IMG/VR virus record: IMGVR_UViG_3300031867_000016
Span: 91,293-113,010 of that record
Source of the DNA: a virus
Taxonomy: Duplodnaviria > Heunggongvirae > Uroviricota > Caudoviricetes
Strand: one strand, 5' to 3'
DNA length: 21,718 bases
Below, one piece after another: positions 8,233 to 15,864 of the stretch; within the stretch, counting starts at the first letter, position 1, and each line of letters begins with the position of its first letter. The position numbers were made by a program, and so were the translations under genes. Under the pieces are notes generated by a model. The model was not told the origin of the DNA. It searched no databases and saw only the letters and a program-made list of their open reading frames with translations.

Positions 8233-10074
8233 TTAGATAGGTTGGTCGGTATTGTGTATAATTGCAAACTGCTTGAGGTTTGCGGCTGGATACTGAGGTT
8301 CAAGAATGCCCGTGTGATCCCAGCCGTAAACTGTATTGTCACCGATGTTGCTCTGATAAATGCGTCTGTTTGTCGGATCATAGTCGCAATAGACCAGTCC
8401 GCATTCACCAAAAGCCCTGTTCTTCATTACACGAATATTGGGTTTCTCAATATTCAGAACTGTGTCAGCCGCATTCGTAATGTTTGCACTGCCTGCAACG
8501 TCATCATTGGTTGCTATCTGATCATTCTTGATCTTTCTCGGATGACATACAAGCAGAACGACTACGTTATACTTGACGGCAAACTGCTTGAGCATGAGAA
8601 CGATACGGGTCTGAGCCGCGTATTCATCTTCTCTGCCGGCAGTGAGAGCCATCAGATTATCTACAAGAAACATCTTGCAATGGCAGCGCTTTGCACATGC
8701 CTTAAATTTCTTGAGAAGAATATCTTCAGGAAATTCAGTGAGGTCTGCTGTGTTGTCGAACAGCCAGACTTTGTTGTCAAACCATTCCTGAACACGGTTA
8801 CGGATCTGATCAGAGATCACAGCATATTCTTTGCCACTTTCCTGATTGATCTTGTAACCGATATACTTGCGCTCAGTTGCCTGAAGTGCAAGCCAGTTGA
8901 CAAAGTTGGAAGAGGAAAGTTCACCGCTGTATGCAGCCACGTTGTAGCCATTGTTCATGGCGTTGAGCATGAAGCCGCCGGTGATGGTTGACTTACCTGA
9001 ACCACGCTTGCCAGAGAGAACAACGAGATCACCGAAGCCAAAGCCGCCCAGCATGTTGTCAAGATCTGGAATACCTGTTGCGATACGACGCTGCTGGAAT
9101 GGATCTACGTAATGTACTTTGCCCAAATTCAACATTCCTTCGATCGGCGCAGGCTCACAAGCATCTGCAATCTCTGCAAGCTTTTCTGGACCGTAAGCGA
9201 ACAGGATTTCATTGGCATCTTTGCAGAGCCTGCCATAGTCAGCACCGTTGTAAATCAGTTCAGGATATTCTGGAGGGAGCATGCAGATATCTTCTCCGAG
9301 TCTGCGAAGCACAGACATCTGCATCTTAAAACCGGGTTCATCGTTGTCTCCGAAGATCACGATCTCTTCGAAGTTGCTGAGCCAGTCTTCGCATGTGTTC
9401 AGCCAGTCAAGGTTTTCACATCCGCTTGGAACAGAGACCACATTGGTAACTCCTGCTTCATACAGGCTCAGTGCATCGATCATGCCTTCTGTGATATAGA
9501 GTTTCTTGTTCAGGGATACATTGTCCATACCAAAAAGAATGGGCTCTGTATTACGCATCGCCCATTCTTTCGGTTTGCCAGATCCTTTGATATGCTTCTC
9601 TGGTGTTCTGAACTTTACAAACGTCAGCTTATCGTCTCTGTAAAACGGGAAGACGATATTACCTGTTTCATCACAGCTGACCTTGAATGCATTCAATGTT
9701 TCTTCGCTGATCTTTCTTGTAGCGAAATAATTGATTGCCTTATCCGTAAGCGGACAGAGAATGCTCTCATCAGGGCAGTCATACTGTTTTGTATTCATCA
9801 TATATCTTTTCTCCGTTGTTACCTTGTACTGAACTCCGTTTGCAAAGTCGTTTACCAGTTTGCGGAAAGTGCCGCTCTTGCCGCACTTCCCGCGCATACA
9901 ATTCCAGTAACCAGTTTCTAAGCTGATTGCGAATGTATACTTGTCACTGTTGTTGCCGCCTCCGCAGTATGGACAGTAGTCAGGAATTAATTCATTATCT
10001 TTAATGTTATATTCTTCACCGAAAGTCTTATCTGCGAAATCAATTATGGCGTCATACAGTGACCAGCTTTCCAT
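8233..10074 (-). CDS. Bifunctional primase-helicase (T7 gp4/Twinkle-like)
   Basis: Zn finger CPYC...CMRGKC; TOPRIM ITEGMIDALS and GDNDEPG; SF4 helicase Walker A GKRGSGKST; FLVDNLM; HPRK. Confidence 0.93.
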   Translation of the reverse strand: MESWSLYDAIIDFADKTFGEEYNIKDNELIPDYCPYCGGGNNSDKYTFAISLETGYWNCMRGKCGKSGTFRKLVNDFANGVQYKVTTEKRYMMNTKQYDCPDESILCPLTDKAINYFATRKISEETLNAFKVSCDETGNIVFPFYRDDKLTFVKFRTPEKHIKGSGKPKEWAMRNTEPILFGMDNVSLNKKLYITEGMIDALSLYEAGVTNVVSVPSGCENLDWLNTCEDWLSNFEEIVIFGDNDEPGFKMQMSVLRRLGEDICMLPPEYPELIYNGADYGRLCKDANEILFAYGPEKLAEIADACEPAPIEGMLNLGKVHYVDPFQQRRIATGIPDLDNMLGGFGFGDLVVLSGKRGSGKSTITGGFMLNAMNNGYNVAAYSGELSSSNFVNWLALQATERKYIGYKINQESGKEYAVISDQIRNRVQEWFDNKVWLFDNTADLTEFPEDILLKKFKACAKRCHCKMFLVDNLMALTAGREDEYAAQTRIVLMLKQFAVKYNVVVLLVCHPRKIKNDQIATNDDVAGSANITNAADTVLNIEKPNIRVMKNRAFGECGLVYCDYDPTNRRIYQSNIGDNTVYGWDHTGILEPQYPAANLKQFAIIHNTDQPI

Positions 10075-10088
10075 TCGCTTTCATCTCC

Positions 10089-10484
10089 TTAGAACGGCAG
10101 ATCGCTAGGGTTAGCTGCCGGCGCTGCTGCAGCCTGAGCTGGCTGCGCTGCGCCTTCGCCTGCTCCCTTGCCGCGAGCTACGACGTTCGCATTGGAAGCA
10201 TTGCATGCAAGCTGGCGATGAGTTGTACCATCATTGCCAGTGTATTCGTCAAGATAGATTTCTCCGACAACGTTTACATTGGTACCCTTCTGGGCATGTG
10301 CAGCCATATATTCTGCGTTCTTGCCCCAGGTAGTTACGTTATAGAAGTTGGATGCATACTTTCCGTCTGCACCCTTACGGGATGTGGTAGTGCCGATAGA
10401 AAAACGGCATACCTTATTGCCGTTGAAGTCACTGAGTACAGGGTCTTTAGTAAGGTTGCCGTTAATAAATCCATATGCTGACAT
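10089..10484 (-). CDS. ssb: Single-stranded DNA-binding protein
   Basis: OB-fold pattern GNLTKDP...FSIGT...FYNVTTWGKNAE...KGTNVNVVGEI and C-terminal tail DLPF. SD AAGGAG upstream. Confidence 0.93.
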   Translation of the reverse strand: MSAYGFINGNLTKDPVLSDFNGNKVCRFSIGTTTSRKGADGKYASNFYNVTTWGKNAEYMAAHAQKGTNVNVVGEIYLDEYTGNDGTTHRQLACNASNANVVARGKGAGEGAAQPAQAAAAPAANPSDLPF

Positions 10485-10521
10485 ATTTTTTATCTCCTTG
10501 TGTTTAAACTGTGTTGGTTAA

Positions 10522-11202
10522 TCAGGCTACTTTCTCTTTCTTGGCTGCAGTCTTCTTGGTTGTCTGCGCCTTTACGAGATCGACAAGCGTGGCGCTTAGT
10601 GCGCCTAGCTTGTCTGTATCAGTAGCAAGCTTATAGTTCGCCATACCAATTGCTGGTACGATATATTTGTTTGCGAAGGCCATCTTCTGTTCAGGAGTCA
10701 GGCTTGCGGTAAGCTGCTTTACAGAATCGTCGATGAGACCGATATAGGTCTTGCGTTCCTGTTCTGCGGCGAGACGGGTCTGCTTGGCTTCTTCGGTTTC
10801 TTCAGGAAGATCTTCACCGGCATAGATATAACTGCCGAGACCATGTCTTGAGATAGCCTTGGTCATCGATCTCTGAATTGCCTTGTTGGCATCAGTGCTG
10901 GTAACCTGACCAACAGGAATACTCTTATTCTTGAAGTCCATGATCGGAAGATACTCGATGTGTTCCAGCTTATAATCTCCGTCAACCAGAGTTACGCCAG
11001 TCTTTACCCAGCATGTCTTTCCATCGGACCAGTAGATGCTGCCTTCGGGAGTTTCGTAGATTGTATAATAGGAATCAGGGAAGTATGTCTTGAAGATTTG
11101 CCAGGCCCATGCCCAGCTGAGATACTTCAGACCATTCTTTTCTTCAACGTGCTCATTGACATTGACCTGATTCAGAATAGAGAACCTGTTTTTATCACTC
11201 AT
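10522..11202 (-). CDS. Sak3/DUF1071-family single-strand annealing protein
   Basis: KNGLKYLSWAWAW, CWVKTGVT, EYLPIMDFKNK, NKAIQRSMTKAISRHGLGSYIYAGEDLP. The start was moved to the ATG at 11202 (MSDKNRF), which has a GAGGG SD; the track start was 11271. Confidence 0.88.
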   Translation of the reverse strand: MSDKNRFSILNQVNVNEHVEEKNGLKYLSWAWAWQIFKTYFPDSYYTIYETPEGSIYWSDGKTCWVKTGVTLVDGDYKLEHIEYLPIMDFKNKSIPVGQVTSTDANKAIQRSMTKAISRHGLGSYIYAGEDLPEETEEAKQTRLAAEQERKTYIGLIDDSVKQLTASLTPEQKMAFANKYIVPAIGMANYKLATDTDKLGALSATLVDLVKAQTTKKTAAKKEKVA

Positions 11203-11815
11203 ATTTATCCCTCTCGTATTCATCAACAAGAAGCTTGTTTGCTTCGTCCATAATCCGCAGCTCTTTAGCAATGCGTCTTACCTTGCGATCATGATTGATA
11301 CGCTCACGTTCACGCTTGCTTTCGAGCTCCTTCTGAGCTTCTTCTGCAGCCTTTGCTTTGATGTTTTCATCATCAATCTGCTTCACAAGCCTGTGAATTG
11401 CAGAGTTGGAACCAAAGATCTTCTTTGCCAGTGCAATGCAGAATGCCGTATAGTTGCTGTCGCTTCCGTTCTGGCTGTCTTCTTTGCAGAGACGCACAAC
11501 TGTCTTGGTTCCATCGTTCCAGTAAACAATCGTTGCACCGTTGTTTCGAACCAGTCTGACAGGCTGAATCTCTTCTTCTTCCTGTTCGCATCCTGAGTTG
11601 TCAAAATGGCATATGAAATCACACAAGCCACGAAGACTATCGCTTGATTTCATTGAGTACCCCATGTTCGTGTACGGTGTTACGATACTGTTGTAAATGT
11701 AGTCCTGAGTTGCTGCCACACTGGTTGTCGTATCATCGCTTGATATGGTTATGTTTCCAATATTTGCTGGAATCCAGTAGGAGTTTGTATTTGAGGTCGG
11801 CATTTTTATCATCAC
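11195..11815 (-). CDS. Conserved phage hypothetical protein
   Basis: Contains ATIVYWNDGTKTVV...CIALAKKIFG, a motif I recognise from uncharacterised phage proteins, followed by a coiled-coil-like tail. Confidence 0.75.
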   Translation of the reverse strand: MMIKMPTSNTNSYWIPANIGNITISSDDTTTSVAATQDYIYNSIVTPYTNMGYSMKSSDSLRGLCDFICHFDNSGCEQEEEEIQPVRLVRNNGATIVYWNDGTKTVVRLCKEDSQNGSDSNYTAFCIALAKKIFGSNSAIHRLVKQIDDENIKAKAAEEAQKELESKRERERINHDRKVRRIAKELRIMDEANKLLVDEYERDKYE

Positions 11816-11819
11816 CTTA

Positions 11820-12290
11820 TCAATTTAAATCTGTATACATTGGAGTCTGAGTCAATACGTCCAGCAGTGTCGGTACCTTTTTCAGTTCGGCATCGATTAT
11901 GTTTTTGCCCTGGTCGTCGTATGTTCTGGCCTTCATATCAGGCACACGCTTGATTGCAAGGATGTGACCAAGCGGCCTTCCGAATTTGTCGCATTCAAAC
12001 CAGCATAACATTCCTCTTGGGTAAAACTTTTTCGTATACTTGTGTGCGTACCGCTTGCTGTTATGTCTGTGTTTTCTTGTTCTAAACTTGCTCATAAAGT
12101 CAATCATGACCTGTTTGTCATAGATCGTTCTGACAAGTATCTTCGGCGCGTTCTTATGTTTCCCGTTCGCGTCCACCACACGCCATCCTGATCGGTTGGG
12201 CGAATTTGAATTGGAGCGACAGAGTACGTAGGATGGGACCCAGTTGCCGACTCTGATATCCGGGTCTCCGACAATTGCAAGAAAATACAT
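11820..12290 (-). CDS. Hypothetical basic protein
   Basis: 156-aa Lys/Arg-rich ORF tightly packed between the RNA polymerase gene and the next gene. Confidence 0.7.
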   Translation of the reverse strand: MYFLAIVGDPDIRVGNWVPSYVLCRSNSNSPNRSGWRVVDANGKHKNAPKILVRTIYDKQVMIDFMSKFRTRKHRHNSKRYAHKYTKKFYPRGMLCWFECDKFGRPLGHILAIKRVPDMKARTYDDQGKNIIDAELKKVPTLLDVLTQTPMYTDLN

Positions 12291-12291
12291 A

Positions 12292-15192
12292 TTATGCTGC
12301 CTTCTTCTTTGGTATATAATGTTTTCTTCTGTTTAATCGTTTCTGCAATGTTCTGTTTTCAGCCTGACATTCTTCGCAGCGAATCTCTCTGCTGTTGGTT
12401 CTCTGACACCATGCACCGCAATCACAGCATTCAAAGAAACCTACAGCATCCTTAGGACAAGTGTGGTTGTTGGCCCATGCCGGTATTTTCATTCCACATT
12501 TGTCACAGACTGTGTAGGTTTTCATGTTCTGTTCTATATTATTACATGCGATGTCGCCAAATACTTTCCAGAATGTCTGTTTGTGGGCAGCTTTGTTCAT
12601 GTTTGCGCCGGCAAAGAGATATTTTGCTACGGATGGATAACATTCTTCGATAGTGCCGCATTTTTCAGTGAGCTCCTGAATGATATCCTGACATACGAAG
12701 TCCATAATGGTAGCAATCTTCTGCTCAACCTTATCAGTTTCCTGAAAGGCCATGGCAGTCAGATTGGTTTTGCCTTCGTTGTCAAGCCGTACAAAGATTT
12801 CTACAGCCTGCATGTTATATGGCTGATCATTATCAGTCAAAAGCATCTGCCAATTGAATGGCGGGATATTGGAGAAGTTCATTTTCATGCGGCCTATATC
12901 ATCAAAGGCGGCACAAATTCTGTTCATTGTTGAATTGTTTGGCTTTGCATATTCTTTCGGTTCCTTGCCGGTCGTGTTGCCCGGCAGGAACCTTCTTCCA
13001 TTCTTGCTGAATTGAAAGAAGTGAGGCATACGTCCGTGCTTGCCACCAATAGCTTTATTGATTCGCTTCTTCGCTTCTGGATAGTTCTCATAGGTGTTTA
13101 CGAATCCCGTCTTGGCAGCGTCGATAACCAAATTATTGTAGAAAGTCAATGCTTCAGCCGCATATCTGTCTGGGTTGTCTTTGTTCCATAGCTTTGTCAG
13201 AGAGTTGCTGACTTGACCGATACCGCTGTATTCGTGAGCTCTCTTCAGGCCGTGATAGAATTCTCCTCTTGAAAGCTGATGAGCACCAGCTTTACCGAGA
13301 TCGAAGAACAGAGGTACGATATCAAATTTCTCGATGTTTCTCTGAGCGATGTCGCATACTTCATCATCCCCGACAACGTTGATTTGATCACCGTCAACAT
13401 CGAAAGCAAGAACCTTTGTGATAGGATCTTTCACACTGGTATAGATACCGTCTGTATAGAACCAGTTATAGATGTTCTGGTCCTTTACAACCTTGCGTAT
13501 GCAGTGTTCAAAGTTCAAGTGAGGAGATCTGAGACAGTCAACAACGTCTCTGCTGCGATAGATTTTGCATGCAACTTCTCCGTTGGCGAGAAGACCATTC
13601 GGTTCTTCGATACCAAGGAACCAGTGTTCGCATGCTGCATACCAGTCTGGTATGGCAAAGAGTCGTTTGTTTGCGATCTTGATCTTGCCAGACTTGGCAT
13701 CAAGCAGCCATTTCTTCTTGATATTTTTGAGCGTATCCCTTGTGTATGCTTCTCTGAGAAGCTCTGGATAGATGATCAGAGCTCTCTTATATGGATTGTC
13801 GGAATAATAATCTGCGTTGAGACAGTCAAGCATTGCAGCCTGACTTGAGGCAATGCCTTCAATTTTGTCATGAGTCTTCTTTGTGAATCGAGTTATCTCT
13901 TCATCGGTGAAATCAGTCAGCGTCTGAAGGAATTGATAGCACACAGTCTTATCTGGAAAGTAATCTTCCTCAAAGTTTGTATAGCATGCATGGCATTCAT
14001 TCTCTTTAAATGCCTGCTTGTACGCATCCCATGATTCATAATACTTCCAGAGTTTAAACTGGCTTTTTGTAAAAATGATCTGAATATTCTCTTCGATCAG
14101 ATCGTGTTCTTTGCCATAGATATCCTTGATCTTTGCGCTGCAGTTGTTTACTTTGCAAAACCTGATAAAGTCAAAGGAGCAGAGAAGTCCTTTTACCCAC
14201 GGCATTCTTACCATGAAATTCTTTCTGCTGATACATGGAAGCATCATGCCGGCACCGTCAACATGATTGATAACGGTCGTGTGTTCTCCGCGATCTATCA
14301 CATATTCACTGTTGATGTAGTCGCTTATGCATGTTACCGGTGCTTCAAAGTCAGGTACAACAATGGATCTGTCGATGTCGAATGTTTCCCATGGGAGAGT
14401 AGCGGAAGAGGTGAGGGCTATATAGGCAAGGAGCTTGTTGACATTGATGCCGCCAAGCTCGTTGATCTTTTCAAACGTCAGTCCGCACATCATCTTTGGC
14501 TGTATTCTGTTCCATGTATTCTCTTCCATACATGCGATCTTGTCTGTTCTCAGCTGCCCTGCAGAACTTGTAATGAATACAAACTTTTTGTTCTCAAGGT
14601 TGCCATCAGCGTCAAGAACAGGAACCAGAAAGCCGTCCTGTACAATCTGTTCCAGTATATCTTCTGACTTCCATTTCATGATGAGTTTGTTGAATGTCAC
14701 TTCTTTATCATGAAGTCCCATTGAACGACTCATTTCAGATGAGAATTCAGCGATCTTCTTGGAGGGCTTCAGCGTATTCCATGTTATGCCTTCGGGCCAG
14801 ATTACATTGTCATCTTTATCTTTATCCAGTTTTCTTGTGTCCAAAATGCCACAAAGGCGTACTGTTCTTGGTACGCCTTTGTGACCTGCTATCAGTGAAG
14901 CGAGTTTGTCCTGTTCACTTTTCTTTTCTGCTATATTCTTTTCCCGTATAGATGGATCATGGAGTGAATTCTTAGCTATTTCATCGTCTTCATGATCAAT
15001 TGTGTTTTTCAGGCTGCATATCTTCTGATATACATCCCATTCTTCCTGCGTAAACAGATCGCTGGTAGTTAAACCCATCAGATAAATCTGTTCAGACAAG
15101 TATGTCTTCTTTGCCAACGAAACCACCCCCGGTGTTTTTGTTGGGCAGGATCTCTCTTTCCCCCCATTATTGTTTTTTTCGAATGTCCACAT
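12292..15192 (-). CDS. Single-subunit two-barrel RNA polymerase, YonO-like (related to eukaryotic RdRP)
   Basis: Catalytic AFDVDGDQ (DxDGD); SSAGQLR; HVDGAGMMLP; FMVRMPWVKGLL; KSQFK; RSPH; N- and C-terminal Cys clusters. The true start may be the TTG at 15117 (MAKKTYL), preceded by GGGGTGGT; the ATG at 15192 has no SD. Confidence 0.87.
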   Translation of the reverse strand: MWTFEKNNNGGKERSCPTKTPGVVSLAKKTYLSEQIYLMGLTTSDLFTQEEWDVYQKICSLKNTIDHEDDEIAKNSLHDPSIREKNIAEKKSEQDKLASLIAGHKGVPRTVRLCGILDTRKLDKDKDDNVIWPEGITWNTLKPSKKIAEFSSEMSRSMGLHDKEVTFNKLIMKWKSEDILEQIVQDGFLVPVLDADGNLENKKFVFITSSAGQLRTDKIACMEENTWNRIQPKMMCGLTFEKINELGGINVNKLLAYIALTSSATLPWETFDIDRSIVVPDFEAPVTCISDYINSEYVIDRGEHTTVINHVDGAGMMLPCISRKNFMVRMPWVKGLLCSFDFIRFCKVNNCSAKIKDIYGKEHDLIEENIQIIFTKSQFKLWKYYESWDAYKQAFKENECHACYTNFEEDYFPDKTVCYQFLQTLTDFTDEEITRFTKKTHDKIEGIASSQAAMLDCLNADYYSDNPYKRALIIYPELLREAYTRDTLKNIKKKWLLDAKSGKIKIANKRLFAIPDWYAACEHWFLGIEEPNGLLANGEVACKIYRSRDVVDCLRSPHLNFEHCIRKVVKDQNIYNWFYTDGIYTSVKDPITKVLAFDVDGDQINVVGDDEVCDIAQRNIEKFDIVPLFFDLGKAGAHQLSRGEFYHGLKRAHEYSGIGQVSNSLTKLWNKDNPDRYAAEALTFYNNLVIDAAKTGFVNTYENYPEAKKRINKAIGGKHGRMPHFFQFSKNGRRFLPGNTTGKEPKEYAKPNNSTMNRICAAFDDIGRMKMNFSNIPPFNWQMLLTDNDQPYNMQAVEIFVRLDNEGKTNLTAMAFQETDKVEQKIATIMDFVCQDIIQELTEKCGTIEECYPSVAKYLFAGANMNKAAHKQTFWKVFGDIACNNIEQNMKTYTVCDKCGMKIPAWANNHTCPKDAVGFFECCDCGAWCQRTNSREIRCEECQAENRTLQKRLNRRKHYIPKKKAA

Positions 15193-15241
15193 TTTTTGGG
15201 GGAATATTTCAATCGTTTGCGAATTGCATGCATTTATTATC

Positions 15242-15481
15242 GAACTGTTTTTAAAATACCAACTATTTTAATTCTTATTAATAGATCACCTCCTACCTGG
15301 TGGAGGGCGCCTGCAGCTGGCTTGATCTTATGCGAAGCATCAGATCAAGCCGAGCTGCGAGGCGCCCATAACCAAGGTGGAGGTGATCTATTGGCTAGTT
15401 TCTGTGTTTCATTCGGTAATACCAGAATGATATTCTAAATTATCTTTAGAATAAATTTCTTGGTATTCTAATTCACAGTTC
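15242..15481 (-). ncRNA. Retron-like msr-msd ncRNA, unit 1 (distal)
   Basis: Flanking inverted repeat 15460-15481 / 15242-15262 (12 bp including one G-U, an internal loop, then 7 bp). An unpaired G at 15459 faces a G at 15263. SL1 15431-15453; SL2 15410-15429; 113-nt msd-like hairpin 15280-15392. Confidence 0.75.
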
Positions 15482-15489
15482 TCCAATAT

Positions 15490-15670
15490 AATAACTAACT
15501 TATTTATATCTTAGTCACAAAGCTCGCCGGCTTCAGGAAGAGCTCTTGCGGCGGTGCTTTAGCTCCGCCGCGATGAGCTCAGTCCGGAAGCCGGCGAGCT
15601 TGAAACGCCATACTGTCGCACATTCGATCATACCAGAATGCCTAAGTTTCCTTAGAATATCTTAGTTATT
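15490..15670 (-). ncRNA. Retron-like msr-msd ncRNA, unit 2
   Basis: 9-bp flanking inverted repeat 15662-15670 / 15490-15498. G at 15661 faces G at 15499. SL1 15642-15655 has a GAAA loop; SL2 15621-15640; 82-nt msd-like hairpin 15520-15601. Confidence 0.75.
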
Positions 15671-15675
15671 TAACC

Positions 15676-15853
15676 CTGTGTCTGCATAAGCAATATGTTT
15701 CCATCTAAAATTTATTTCATACGTTGATACCTCACCTGGCTATACCTAAGGAGCCAGGTGAGGTATAACAACTTTATAGTTTCATTCTTTCGGTAATACC
15801 AAAAAGAGCGTTTGTACGCTTTTCATGGAAACATATTGATTATACAGACACAG
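15676..15853 (-). ncRNA. Retron-like msr-msd ncRNA, unit 3 (proximal)
   Basis: 29-nt flanking inverted repeat (27/29 Watson-Crick) 15825-15853 / 15676-15704. G at 15824 faces G at 15705. SL1 15807-15820; SL2 15787-15806; msd-like hairpin 15723-15772 with a 15-bp perfect core. Confidence 0.8.
15839..15844 (-). promoter_or_regulatory. Candidate sigma-A -10 box (TATAAT) at the 5' end of the ncRNA array
   Basis: Perfect TATAAT on the minus strand. The -35 region is weak (TTAAAA/TAAAAT at 17-18 nt spacing). Confidence 0.3.
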
Positions 15854-15864
15854 AGCAATGCATT

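Noticed and set aside
1386-15192. Inteins or introns in dnaE, the primase-helicase or the RNA polymerase
   Set aside because: Protein lengths are normal and frames are continuous. I saw no intein boundary motifs or LAGLIDADG/HNH inserts.
15196-15438. 80-aa plus-strand ORF over unit 1
   Set aside because: It is antisense to the whole operon, lies over structured non-coding sequence and has no recognisable protein features.
15280-15772. The three long hairpins as intrinsic terminators
   Set aside because: They are 50-113 nt long, lack U-tracts on the transcribed strand, and are each nested within a larger flanking inverted repeat together with two conserved small stem-loops.
15242-15853. CRISPR array (recurring TACCAGAATG / GGTAATACC, plus a Cas4-like gene in the window)
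   Set aside because: The repeats are short, degenerate and 165-210 nt apart, with highly structured sequence between them. There are no cas1/cas2 or effector genes, and Cas4-like nucleases are common stand-alone phage genes.
15242-15853. Replication origin, REP/MITE elements or RNAP operators as the sole explanation of the region
   Set aside because: Not excluded experimentally, but no iterons, target-site duplications or identical termini are visible. None of these explains the G/G junction, the strand-specific G-U pairs or the compensatory changes in SL2.
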